The notes below the pieces were generated by a model. The model ran no database searches. It was not told the DNA's origin and worked only from the letters and a program-made list of their open reading frames with translations. Both the position numbers and the translations under genes were made by a program. 64,000 bases of DNA, from NCBI GenBank assembly GCA_965206845.1, contig OZ242221.1, positions 1,056,001 to 1,120,000 on the forward strand, written 5' to 3'. Within the stretch, counting starts at the first letter, position 1, and every line of letters starts with the position of its first letter. This document shows, in pieces, positions 38,051 through 47,330 of this stretch. The stretch comes from Cenarchaeum sp. (lineage in GTDB: Archaea; Thermoproteota; Nitrososphaeria; Nitrososphaerales; Nitrosopumilaceae).

Positions 38051-39028
38051 CTACCTGCGGCGCGCCAGTATGGCTATCTGCAGGGCCACTATTATTGCAA
38101 TGGATCCCACAATGGGAAACAGCAACGAGTTGAGCTGCAGTGACGCCTCCACTATGTTGTCGACCGACGCGGACATGAACCTGACGCTGGAATCGATGGT
38201 CTGGTTTGCTCCCTCCAGCGTGGAGCCAAATCCCGCTATCTCCGCCTTGAGTACCCCAAGCTCCGTGGATGTCTCATTGAGGGCGCTGTTGAGTCGGATG
38301 ATCTGCTCTGAGATGCTCTCGATATCCTGGCTCATTACCGTGGTGGCCACAGAGCCGTGGGAGGTTGTGCCCTGATGGAATGCCACCACGTGGAATATGT
38401 AGGTGCCCAGCTGCCGGGGCGTATAGTCCACAAAGTGCAGTCCGCGGTGAAGCGTGTCAAAGCTCTCGGTGATGTCCTGTACGGTTCCGTCGGGCAGGTG
38501 GATGTGACTTGTGTCCAGTATCTCGTCTGGGGATCCCTCGATGAGGAGTCCGTCGCTCGTGGTCTGCACAAAGACTCTCAGCGAGGATCCCAAGGCGGCG
38601 GTCTCGGGCGCAAACACCAGGGTGCTGATGCTCCGCTCGATGGGAACCTGGACAAGATCAGACGAGGGCGCAAACCTGATGTCGATCGACTGTGACAGCG
38701 CCGGGTCTACAGTGCCTATGATCTCGATGGCATAGGTGCCGTAGGGAAAGTCAGTCGAGGCCTGGGGCCACACCAGCAGGACATGGTTGAACGTCCCGTC
38801 CTCTCTTGTGATCTCTATCTGGTCGAACTTGGCAAAGGCGCCATCGGGCGCGCGCAGCCTTATGATGAGATTCTCCCCGGACTCGGCGGTTCCATACAGA
38901 AGGAGCGGCTGGCCGCTGGCGTACACCACGTTGTCTGCAAATATCTCGGCCGCACTGGCGCTCTGGGTTCCGGCGGCGGTTGCCGCGGTGACCATGAGCA
39001 GCGCCATCAGCGGCACGGTTGTTCTCAT
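38051..39028 (-). CDS. Secreted/membrane-anchored protein with C-terminal coiled coil and TM anchor
   Basis: Signal peptide, beta-rich domains, heptad region, TM helix + RRR. Confidence 0.75.
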   Translation of the reverse strand: MRTTVPLMALLMVTAATAAGTQSASAAEIFADNVVYASGQPLLLYGTAESGENLIIRLRAPDGAFAKFDQIEITREDGTFNHVLLVWPQASTDFPYGTYAIEIIGTVDPALSQSIDIRFAPSSDLVQVPIERSISTLVFAPETAALGSSLRVFVQTTSDGLLIEGSPDEILDTSHIHLPDGTVQDITESFDTLHRGLHFVDYTPRQLGTYIFHVVAFHQGTTSHGSVATTVMSQDIESISEQIIRLNSALNETSTELGVLKAEIAGFGSTLEGANQTIDSSVRFMSASVDNIVEASLQLNSLLFPIVGSIAIIVALQIAILARRR

Positions 39029-39133
39029 TCAGATCCCTGATTGGTCTGCTACTAGATATTGGTTCTGTTTTTATAACTCTGTTTCCTAATTATTTCCAGT
39101 CACGCCTAATGGCTCCAAAATCAGGCCAGACTA

Positions 39134-39729
39134 GGCACGCCAACTGAATTTGAGCATCATATCAAGCATTTTCAACAAGAAGCCATATTGATCAGAGAGG
39201 CGTGCCGGTAGTCAGGCTGCGAAACATGACCACAAACACCTCCTCTCCGAATACACCCGACCCACATAATACTAAAAAATCTTTCAATCCGAAAAAATGC
39301 AGGCTCCAGTACGATGACCGCAAGTACATAAACCGTGGTCGGCTGTACGTGCTTCAGATAAGCATGGCGATCCTAAAACAGGGCCTGGAGGAGCTAAATC
39401 ATGGAAAGGTCGGCCGTCCGTTTGGCTTTTCAAACGCATGCTTTGCGGCAGCATCCCTGTTCAGAAACGCCACGGGCATAAAGTACAGGCAGCTGCAGGG
39501 CCTGGCAGAGACAATCGTCGGCAAGGTAAACGCACCCACATACTCGGCATTCCAGAAGAGGATGACAAAACTCAGCTGCACTTTTGATGAGAAAGGCAGT
39601 GGCAATACGGCTGCCGCATGGTTCTCAGATGGCAGCACGAGAACCGAGATAAGCCTGTTTGCCTTTGACTCCACCGGGCTCAAGCCTACAAACCGCGGTG
39701 ACTGGATGACAGCAAAGTGGGGCACGAGG
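39134..39729 (+). pseudogene. Truncated IS5-family (IS903-like) element; N-terminal transposase fragment from ATG 39226
   Basis: Possible left end GGCACGCCAACTG; motifs INRG.L, GRPFGFS, YRQLQG, PTYS, FDSTGLK..RGDW...KWG, then homology stops abruptly. Confidence 0.75.
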
Positions 39730-39859
39730 AACTTTGTTTCCCAATCCAAACATTTCGCACTTTTACGATTAATTTGATCCGTAAACAGCGTCAAGTCGCA
39801 CGAGAATCGTGTTCCTTGTGGCAACTCAGATGCGTTTATCGAAATTGGGAAACAAAGTT
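39730..39859. mobile_element. 130-bp MITE-like segment with 16-bp inverted repeats
   Basis: AACTTTGTTTCCCAAT (39730-39745) and ATTGGGAAACAAAGTT (39844-39859). Confidence 0.5.
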
Positions 39860-39902
39860 TGCAAAGCGCAAAGGATATTAAATAATGCGCCGGACTGATG
39901 GC

Positions 39903-40034
39903 ATGGCACGACGCTCGATACCGGTATGCTTTACCAAGGAGCAGCTGAAGAAGCTGGAGGAGTACGGCAGGCAGAACGGCACACTCAACTCAAGCCAGGC
40001 ACTTGAGAAGCTGATCAAAAACGCTCGGACATAA
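39903..40034 (+). CDS. Small ribbon-helix-helix (CopG-like) protein, 43 aa
   Basis: MARRSIPVCFTKEQLKKLEEYGRQNGTLNSSQALEKLIKNART shows a beta-strand + two-helix pattern; TATTAAATA box upstream; below the ORF-track cutoff. Confidence 0.65.
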   Translation: MARRSIPVCFTKEQLKKLEEYGRQNGTLNSSQALEKLIKNART

Positions 40035-40229
40035 CCACATCCGTCTTTTTTCCCACCCATGCGACGCCGGATCCGCGGATCGGGAGATCCCGGCCCCTGC
40101 GCGCAAGGACCGGCCTGCGGTTGAGCTGCGTCCTACAGACATAGCCAAACGCGCCAAATCGACAGAGCCAATTCCAGTTCACATATGCCCGTAGGACACA
40201 GCCATGCGGTTGCCAAGACTTGAATAGAC

Positions 40230-40442
40230 GTGGCACCCATATGGTGTATGTCACTGGGGATCTACATAGCCGTATTGGTACTGGCGATCGTTGCCGTTGT
40301 GATGGTAAAGCTGATTCGCAGCACCAGCAAGACGAGCGCGCTCTCCATGCAGAGCAGATGCACGACATGCGGCCGCAAAAAGGGGTTCCTAAAGTGCCCG
40401 TTCTGCCATCCGAGCACCGACGACCGGCCACCGGAGTGGTAG
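40230..40442 (+). CDS. Small membrane protein with CxxC...CxxC zinc ribbon
   Basis: TM helix followed by CTTCG...CPFC. Confidence 0.6.
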   Translation: MAPIWCMSLGIYIAVLVLAIVAVVMVKLIRSTSKTSALSMQSRCTTCGRKKGFLKCPFCHPSTDDRPPEW

Positions 40443-40632
40443 CCGCATCCACAAACCGCTATAATCTAATGGATTTTGCAAGATTTTTCATGGATTACCT
40501 AAGAACTATATGTCATCATGTGAATAATCTTATAAAAAACACCATATATGCATAAAATTCATATTAAAATATTAAATACTAAATTTGCGTAGGATAACCA
40601 TGCCGATGGGTCTAACCTCTATCGACTAATCG

Positions 40633-40726
40633 GGCGTGATCCCGCAGGACAAATGGTGAAAACAGACCAACGCGTGTCTGGAAGGGGAGGAAATCTCCCA
40701 TGGTCCTGCAGTTTAGGGATCACGCC
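40633..40726. ncRNA. Candidate structured ncRNA (three-way junction)
   Basis: Nested stems GGCGTGATCCC/GGGATCACGCC and GCAGGAC/GTCCTGC enclosing hairpins CAGAC/GTCTG and GGGAG/CTCCC. Confidence 0.4.
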
Positions 40727-40747
40727 ATTGTCTTGTTCCTGCGGGTG

Positions 40748-41785
40748 TCACCTCTGCGCATCGGCGCGTCTCAGGTCGGCGAGCCTCCTCTTGATAAACT
40801 CTATCGGCTCAACCGGAGTGGGATCCGTTCCTGACATGACCGCCCTGTATATGGTGGAGTAGTCCAGGAGGTAGATCAGGTTGATCATCTTCCCAAGTAT
40901 GTTTCCGTCCACCGAATGGATGTCATTGTGCTCGATGCCCCTCTCTGCAAAGAACTCCTTCAAAACGGCCCACCTCTCCTTGGTCTTCTGGTGGTCATCG
41001 GCCCCGTGGATCAGGATCGGCCTGATGCCGGACGGGCCGCACCAGGACACAATTCCGTTGTGGCATGCCTCTATGACGTCCTCGGTGATGGCGTGCATCT
41101 TTGCGTTCTCCTGCAGCGAGTTCTTGAATCTTGTTGCGGCTGCCTGCAGTCCCCAAGGGTAGTATACCATGGGAATGCCGGTAAGCCACCGGGCCAGGGA
41201 TATGGCCGGGTTCTCCACGCAGAGGTTGGAGGACGAGATCCTCTCTCCTGTCTCCTGTATCTTCTTCAGCGAGTCGGTAATGTCGCGTCTCATTACGGGC
41301 AGGAACGACTCGAGAACCCTGAGTATGGAGAACATGTATGCGGGAAACGACGCCCGCGAGGAGTGCGCCATGGGAATCTTCCTGTAATTGATCCCCTTTT
41401 TGGCGCAGAACTCCTCCATCCTTCCGCCGCTGGAGAACGCAGCCACCTGGCACCCAAGGGATGCCGCCTTTGCCAGCACGTTGAGCGTCTCCTCGGTGTT
41501 GCCGGAGATGCTGGTGGTAACCACCAGGCTCTTTGAGCTGACCGTTCTGGGCAGCTGGTACCCCTTGACCACGTCCACGTGAATGGCGGTCTTGGAGAGG
41601 ATTGCCGAGAACACGTCCCCGATCGTCCCGGATCCGCCCATGCCTGCAAAGACCACGTGTGAGATCTCATCCAGGTCTATGGCGGGCAGATCTGTCCCGT
41701 AGAACTCCGAGGCCGTCTCGGGCCAGGTGTCGTAAGCCTTGTGCATGTTCTGCCTGTCGAATCTTTTTAGCGTGTTAGTATCCAT
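40748..41785 (-). CDS. Bifunctional phosphoglucose/phosphomannose isomerase (SIS domain)
   Basis: GMGGSG, SISGNTEET, SSGG, RFKNSLQENAK, EACHN. Confidence 0.88.
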   Translation of the reverse strand: MDTNTLKRFDRQNMHKAYDTWPETASEFYGTDLPAIDLDEISHVVFAGMGGSGTIGDVFSAILSKTAIHVDVVKGYQLPRTVSSKSLVVTTSISGNTEETLNVLAKAASLGCQVAAFSSGGRMEEFCAKKGINYRKIPMAHSSRASFPAYMFSILRVLESFLPVMRRDITDSLKKIQETGERISSSNLCVENPAISLARWLTGIPMVYYPWGLQAAATRFKNSLQENAKMHAITEDVIEACHNGIVSWCGPSGIRPILIHGADDHQKTKERWAVLKEFFAERGIEHNDIHSVDGNILGKMINLIYLLDYSTIYRAVMSGTDPTPVEPIEFIKRRLADLRRADAQR

Positions 41786-41932
41786 CAAGTACCTGACTAA
41801 TTTGTCGGGATGCGCCCTGACAATATAAAGCAAAAAACCTGGCACCGGCAGGAGTCAGCGGCCCGGCCTGCTTTCTGCCGGAGCCTCCGTTCCGTCTTCC
41901 CGCTGCGGGGGTATGGCACGCCTGCGGCAGGC

Positions 41933-42301
41933 CTACGGCTCGAGCACGACACGGTCGCGGCTCATCGAGATGACGGAGCCGCCGGATCTTTTGACGCCGC
42001 GCTTGAGCTCCCTGTCCATGGTTGCGACAATGCCGCCGTTCTGCTTCACATGCCTGAGTATCTCCCTGTCCGCAAAGTCGCCGTCCATCTCTATGATGTC
42101 CATCCTTCTCGCACGTTCAAGAACCGCAGATATCTCGGGAGCCCTTCGGGGATCGTCCATGAGCCTGTTCAGCTCCGACAGCGCGCATGTGGGAACCGCA
42201 AACCGAACAGGGCCTATCTCGGCCTCAAACGTGTCGATGTTCCTGATGCGTCTGGTGAAAAGGTGGATCAGAAAGCTGGTGTCGCAGATTACCCTAACCA
42301 A
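41933..42301 (-). CDS. PIN-domain protein (Fcf1/Utp23-like)
   Basis: VICDTSFL, EL, AD..I, VATMDRELK; conserved position downstream of aIF2-gamma. Confidence 0.85.
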   Translation of the reverse strand: MVRVICDTSFLIHLFTRRIRNIDTFEAEIGPVRFAVPTCALSELNRLMDDPRRAPEISAVLERARRMDIIEMDGDFADREILRHVKQNGGIVATMDRELKRGVKRSGGSVISMSRDRVVLEP

Positions 42302-43556
42302 TGGTTCCCGCACCGATGAGTCTCCATCTGTCCGCTATGCGCCTGCTGATGGCCACATTGTCTGACTCGAATATGCAGACGGGCCGGCGGAGCTCGACTG
42401 ATATATTCTCGTTTCTTACCTTGGTGACCTTGGAGAGCACCGGGGCGGTGCCTATGTTGAGCCGCAGGGCCTCCCCGTTCTGGATCGGCGCTACCTTGGT
42501 CTCATCGGTGGCGCCCACGACGGCATCAAACAGGCTGACTGTGATCTGCGCTCCCGTGGAGTTCTCGGGCAGGGTTCCCGGCCTGCCGATTACAGATCCC
42601 ACCAGGGAGTCCCTTCTTGCAATTGCAGGATCCAGCCTTGTGCCCACGGCCACCAGGCCGCCGGGCCTTACCGACTCGACGGTTCCGGCAGACGTGCCCA
42701 GCGAGACCACCTCGGTTAGTATGGGTTCGTACGCCCCCCTCTTTGTGGTGACGATCCCGGGCTTGATCTCGATCTCGTCTCCGATCTTAAGGGTTCCCTC
42801 GGTCAGGCTTCCTCCCACGACCCCTCCCTTGATGTCTGTGATCCTTGAGCCGGGCCGGTTTACGTCAAACGAGCGGAGGACATGCATCACCGTGCTGCTC
42901 TTCTCGTCGCGGATCGGCGTCTTGATGGTGGACTCTATCATGCCGATGAGCGCGTCGGTGTTCAGGTTCGACTGTGCCGAGATCGGGATTATGGGCGATC
43001 CCGAGGCGCCGGTTCCGTCCACAAACGCGGCAATGTCGTTGTAGTTTGCCATGGCGTCTGTGTATGATACCAGGTCTACCTTGTTTTGTATCGTGACAAT
43101 CTGTGTTATTCCCAGGGTCTGCAGGGCCAGCAGGTGCTCCTTTGTCTGCGGTTTTGGCACCTTCTCGTTGGCGGCAACAAGGAGCAGCGCGCCGTCCATC
43201 AGCGCAGAGCCGGAGAGCATGTTTGCCATCAGGCTCTCGTGGCCCGGACTGTCCACAAAGCTCACCACACGGGAGAGCTCGCTCTTGGAGCCGCAGCCGG
43301 GACACTCTGGTCTGGTCGAGTACCCCAGGGGATCCTCGCAGCTGGGACACTTGTAGAATGCGGCATCTGAGTATCCGACCCGGATTGTAATCCCGCGCTT
43401 GAGCTCCTGGCTGTGCACGCTGGTCCACTGTCCGGTCAGCGACTGGATCAGGGTGGTCTTTCCGTGATCCACATGGCCTGCGGTTCCAATGTTGACGCAG
43501 GGCTGGTAGCCGTATTCTTTGATGTACCAATCAGGAAGGGACTCTCTCCAGTGCAA
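42294..43556 (-). CDS. eif2g: Translation initiation factor aIF2 gamma subunit
   Basis: GHVDHGKTT, ELKRGITIRVGY, DSPGHE, QNKVD, RWRLIG. Confidence 0.97.
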   Translation of the reverse strand: MHWRESLPDWYIKEYGYQPCVNIGTAGHVDHGKTTLIQSLTGQWTSVHSQELKRGITIRVGYSDAAFYKCPSCEDPLGYSTRPECPGCGSKSELSRVVSFVDSPGHESLMANMLSGSALMDGALLLVAANEKVPKPQTKEHLLALQTLGITQIVTIQNKVDLVSYTDAMANYNDIAAFVDGTGASGSPIIPISAQSNLNTDALIGMIESTIKTPIRDEKSSTVMHVLRSFDVNRPGSRITDIKGGVVGGSLTEGTLKIGDEIEIKPGIVTTKRGAYEPILTEVVSLGTSAGTVESVRPGGLVAVGTRLDPAIARRDSLVGSVIGRPGTLPENSTGAQITVSLFDAVVGATDETKVAPIQNGEALRLNIGTAPVLSKVTKVRNENISVELRRPVCIFESDNVAISRRIADRWRLIGAGTIG

Positions 43557-43582
43557 TATTCCAAAACTATGCGGCTGTTATG

Positions 43583-43972
43583 TTAACCTTCTTTTTTGCT
43601 CGGCGCGGCGTCTGCTCCCCGCTCTTCAGGCAGCTGCCCGTCAAGCCTGCAGTTTATCTGGTATGTCTCTTCGGATACCTGGTTGCCCCGGATCAGCTTT
43701 CTCACCCTCTTGCCCTTCTCGGCATCCTGCAGGCCCACCCCCTTGGAGAGCAGGACGTACTTTCTTGCGCTGCCGTGCACATCCTGCCGCATGGGAACGC
43801 CTGACCTGTCGCTGCCTCCGGTGATCCTCATCTGGCCTGCGAAGCTGGCTACGGCCGCATCCACCTTGCTGCCGATCGTCTGTCCTAGCAGGGCGCTGCC
43901 CTCGTTGTCCCTGAGCTCCTTGGTTATGGATCTGCCCTTGCTGTCGGATATGGTAAGCTTAAAGTCAGTCAA
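43583..43972 (-). CDS. rps6e: 30S ribosomal protein S6e
   Basis: FKLTISD, ITGGSDRSGVPM, RKLIRGN, QIN. Confidence 0.95.
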   Translation of the reverse strand: MTDFKLTISDSKGRSITKELRDNEGSALLGQTIGSKVDAAVASFAGQMRITGGSDRSGVPMRQDVHGSARKYVLLSKGVGLQDAEKGKRVRKLIRGNQVSEETYQINCRLDGQLPEERGADAAPSKKEG

Positions 43973-44127
43973 GCAGACGACAAAAGCGGCGCTCCACTAA
44001 TTAACTTTTGGAGATCAAACGATCCGGCCCCTTGGCCGATTCCCGGCCGCAGGATACTCCGGAATCGGCCCGCATCCGCTCCGGTGTTGATTGGGGCGCG
44101 GGGGTATAATCTCCGCATGGTTTGTAG

Positions 44128-44212
44128 TGCGGGAGATGGGATTCGAACCCACGAACTCCTAGGAGATAAGGACCTGAACCTTACGCCGTTGACCAGGCTG
44201 GGCGACTCCCGC
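44128..44212 (-). tRNA. tRNA-Leu(CAG)
   Basis: Reverse complement GCGGGAG..., TAAGG-TTCAGGT-CCTTA anticodon arm, long variable arm, GGTTCGAATCC. Confidence 0.96.
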
Positions 44213-44554
44213 ATCCCTTCGTCCTAAAAACTGGAATAAGTTTCTTTTTTATTCCGCTGGTCGCGACACCCGAATCAGTCCACCCGTTTCGTGCTTGGGC
44301 GCGTCCTCGGGCCCAAACCTACAACTCCAACCTGTGACGAACTACTTTTGCTGCCCGGCGGCACAGCTGCCGGGCTGATCCCCTGTTGGCGCGGCAACGG
44401 CTGCCAAGAGTGCAGGAGATCCTCGTCATCATGCAGCTCTGGCTTATGCTACTCCTGTGGGCAAGACATAGGCGCAGCTATTCCAGGCTTGAGGGCGCGC
44501 CGTGCGCGATCGAGATAGGTATAATAGTGCACATCTGTTTACCATAAATCGTAA

Positions 44555-45412
44555 TTGTCCAGATACGAGTCTCCAAGAGTCAATGCCGGTGCGGCAAAGG
44601 TGGTCTTAATAGTGCTCATCGTACTGGTTGTGGCGGGCTTGGTGGCTGCTTCTTCGGTAAAGATTGTGGAGGCCGGAACAAGGGGCGTCCTGCTTCACTG
44701 GAGTGCGGTAGATCTGACACAGCCGCCACTTGAGGAGGGCCTGCACTTTGTGACTCCCTTTGCTGATGATGTTATCAATGTCGAGGTTCGGACCCTCAAG
44801 TATGAGAGATCGACCACGTCTGCCTCCAGGGACCTGCAGACCGTCAGAACCACCGTGACCGTAAACTACCACCCGGAGAAGGAGATGATCCACTACCTGT
44901 ACAAGAACCTGGGGCTTGACTACGAGAACAGGGTCATCCAGCCGGCAATCGAGGAGACCGTCAAGCAGGTGACTGCCAACTATAACGCAGAGGAGCTCAT
45001 TACAAAGAGGCCGCTAGTAAAGGCCGACATCCAGGACGAGATCACCGACAGGCTCAACGAGTTTAACCTGGCAACAGAGGTAATCTCGATTACGGACTTT
45101 GAATTCTCACTCCTATTCTCCCAGGCAATAGAGTCAAAGGTGGAGGCAGAGCAAAAGGCATTCAAGGCGGAGAACGACCTGTTAAGAATCCAGGTTGAGG
45201 CGCAGCAGCAAGAGGCCCAGTCCATCGGTATTGCAAACGCCAACATTGCGGAGGCAGAGGGAGAGGCAAAGGCGATCAGGATCATCAACCAGGCCCTGGC
45301 AGAGAACCCGAACTATCTGGAGTGGTTCAAGACACGGGCATGGGACGGAAAGCTGCCGCTGGTGGTCGGCGAGGGCGGAACCCCATTCATTCAGATACCT
45401 ATTTCTCCGTAA
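44555..45412 (+). CDS. SPFH/band 7 (prohibitin-like) membrane protein
   Basis: N-terminal TM helix, EGLHF..P, SRDLQ, AIESKV.AEQ, WDGKLP. Confidence 0.92.
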   Translation: MSRYESPRVNAGAAKVVLIVLIVLVVAGLVAASSVKIVEAGTRGVLLHWSAVDLTQPPLEEGLHFVTPFADDVINVEVRTLKYERSTTSASRDLQTVRTTVTVNYHPEKEMIHYLYKNLGLDYENRVIQPAIEETVKQVTANYNAEELITKRPLVKADIQDEITDRLNEFNLATEVISITDFEFSLLFSQAIESKVEAEQKAFKAENDLLRIQVEAQQQEAQSIGIANANIAEAEGEAKAIRIINQALAENPNYLEWFKTRAWDGKLPLVVGEGGTPFIQIPISP

Positions 45413-45476
45413 CGCTGGGGAATTACATGCCATAGCTTCTGAACAGTTAAAATACCAAAGCAACCCATAGGTAGGC

Positions 45477-45782
45477 ATGGCGCTTGTAATAATCATACCG
45501 CTGATCGTCATTGGGATAGTTGGTACGGCAGGCTACCTGATCTACCGGTTTCTAATTTACGACATGATGTGCAGCAGGACCGTTGAAAAGACGCTCCGCG
45601 AGTACAGCATTGCAAAGACCCAGTCCCAGATCGTCAGGGAGTACCACCATAGCCGGGGAAACGACATGTCAGAGAGGGAGGCCAGGGTCATGGCAAAGCA
45701 CTACCGGCAGCACGAGCCTGATCAGTTTTTGGCCATGTATGAGGCCACAAGGGACAGACTAAAGAGCGACAAAGGGGAATAG
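45477..45782 (+). CDS. Hypothetical membrane protein
   Basis: N-terminal TM helix; TATA-like box upstream. Confidence 0.65.
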   Translation: MALVIIIPLIVIGIVGTAGYLIYRFLIYDMMCSRTVEKTLREYSIAKTQSQIVREYHHSRGNDMSEREARVMAKHYRQHEPDQFLAMYEATRDRLKSDKGE

Positions 45783-45998
45783 GCCACGCTCTGGGCGTGT
45801 CACAGCCTGTCCGTGGAGCTTCCCATATGCCACTGCCCACATCCTGCATCCACGTCGAGTTCGGGGCCGCTTGCCGTACCGAACCTGGCGTGAAGACCAG
45901 AGTCTGGCGCAGATCCAGTCCAAACGAGAGCAGGATCCGACCCCGCCGGTTCTGGCCCATAAAGCAATTAATAGAACAGGGGCGCATGGTGCTATATC

Positions 45999-46520
45999 AT
46001 GTCAATGGGTGAAGTGGATACTCTGGGTATGCTTGCAGAGAAGCTTGACAACCTGTTTACCGACTCCCAAGGGTACTATGAGTCATTTCTGGAGACCAAC
46101 ACCCTCTACAAGAACGGCAAGCTGGACGACAGGGAGTTCTTTCAGAAGATGGGCGACTACATAGTAGCATACTCGGCCCTGGAGTTCCTGTCGATCAAGG
46201 TGATCATGGAACTGAAAAAGGCGCTGGGCAAGATGGCCGGCGGCCAGGCACCGGGAGGCACGCAGTCTGCCGGCCTGATGCCGGGCATGACGCCTGGCAT
46301 GATGCCGGGAATGGCCATGCCCCCAAGAACGGGAACTGCGCAGAATCCGGCCGGCCCGCCGGGTGTGGTATCGACCCAGGACGCATTCGGCCAGCCAGGA
46401 ACCCTTCCAACGCCGGATCCCAGGATGATATCTGCGCCCAGGGCGAACCGGTGCTCCTCATGTGGGGCGGGGCTCGGGGCCGGTGCAAAATTCTGTACAA
46501 AGTGTGGGAACAGAACCTAG
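45999..46520 (+). CDS. Zinc-ribbon domain protein with Met/Pro/Gly-rich linker
   Basis: C-terminal CSSCG...AKFCTKCG. Confidence 0.8.
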   Translation: MSMGEVDTLGMLAEKLDNLFTDSQGYYESFLETNTLYKNGKLDDREFFQKMGDYIVAYSALEFLSIKVIMELKKALGKMAGGQAPGGTQSAGLMPGMTPGMMPGMAMPPRTGTAQNPAGPPGVVSTQDAFGQPGTLPTPDPRMISAPRANRCSSCGAGLGAGAKFCTKCGNRT

Positions 46521-46568
46521 GCCAGACAGGACACCTGGAATCGTGATCCACAGATATTGCAACAGGGC

Positions 46569-46931
46569 CTATGCCGGGTCACACAGTGTGCCGCACTGCG
46601 GACAGAACTTGGCAGCGGATGCCATTTTGGCGCCACAATCGGCACAGAACTTTCCGGTTGCCGCGTCTGACGGCGTGCCGTATATGCTGGTAGACTTGAC
46701 GGCACCGGTGGGAACGTACCTTTCGTCGTCCACTATCTGCACGGGCTCAAAGTCCTTCTCCTCCACGAACGTGTAGAGCCGCGGAACCGTCTGTTTTCTG
46801 TCTGCGGGATCCGGAACCATCTCCCCAAGCCAGAACGCAAACCGGGTTAGCGTCAGATCCGGTGTGGAGAACGCCAGTGTGTGGCTTGACATATAGTCCT
46901 GGGACGCCTTTCTTCCGTCAAAGACCTTCAT
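46569..46931 (-). CDS. Zinc-ribbon domain protein
   Basis: MKVFDG... with C-terminal FCADCG...AKFCPQCG. Confidence 0.8.
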   Translation of the reverse strand: MKVFDGRKASQDYMSSHTLAFSTPDLTLTRFAFWLGEMVPDPADRKQTVPRLYTFVEEKDFEPVQIVDDERYVPTGAVKSTSIYGTPSDAATGKFCADCGAKMASAAKFCPQCGTLCDPA

Positions 46932-47046
46932 GTGGGGTGTATGCCTTTGTGGGTTTAATAATTTGACGTACTGGGAGTCGTGGTTGGTGGATCCGGTTGC
47001 GTCCATGCCTGCCAGGCTCCGGGAGGCGGCGCGCCAAATATGGGAG

Positions 47047-47118
47047 TGGACCGGGGGGGAATTGAACCCCCGACATTCGCGTTGCGAACGCGACATTATA
47101 CCACTAAACCACCGGCCC
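47047..47118 (-). tRNA. tRNA-Ala(CGC)
   Basis: Reverse complement GGGCCGG/CCGGTCC acceptor with G3-U70; TCGCG-TTCGCAA-CGCGA anticodon arm. Confidence 0.96.
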
Positions 47119-47330
47119 CTGCTATAGCAGAGTTCGATCCGTTTTTATTCATTTTCTATTTCTGCCAGTGGGCAGAACATGTTTCTCCGGGTACCGACAC
47201 CCTGACCCGCATCTAAAGCAATACACCAAAGCCAGCACGCCACACGGCGTGGCCGCATTTGGGGTTATTGTATGTAGTACGCAGCTACCATTTGACTATA
47301 TTTATTAACTCGCTAATTCTAGGGTTATAG

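Noticed and set aside
44260-44513. SRP RNA or RNase P RNA
   Set aside because: No SRP helix-8 motif and no GAGGAAAGTCC-type P4 signature on either strand.
19289-47256. Shared motif GCCACACGGC(C)GTGGCC at ~19289 and ~47240
   Set aside because: Only about 16 bp, GC-rich, with no flanking similarity; insufficient to call a repeat family.
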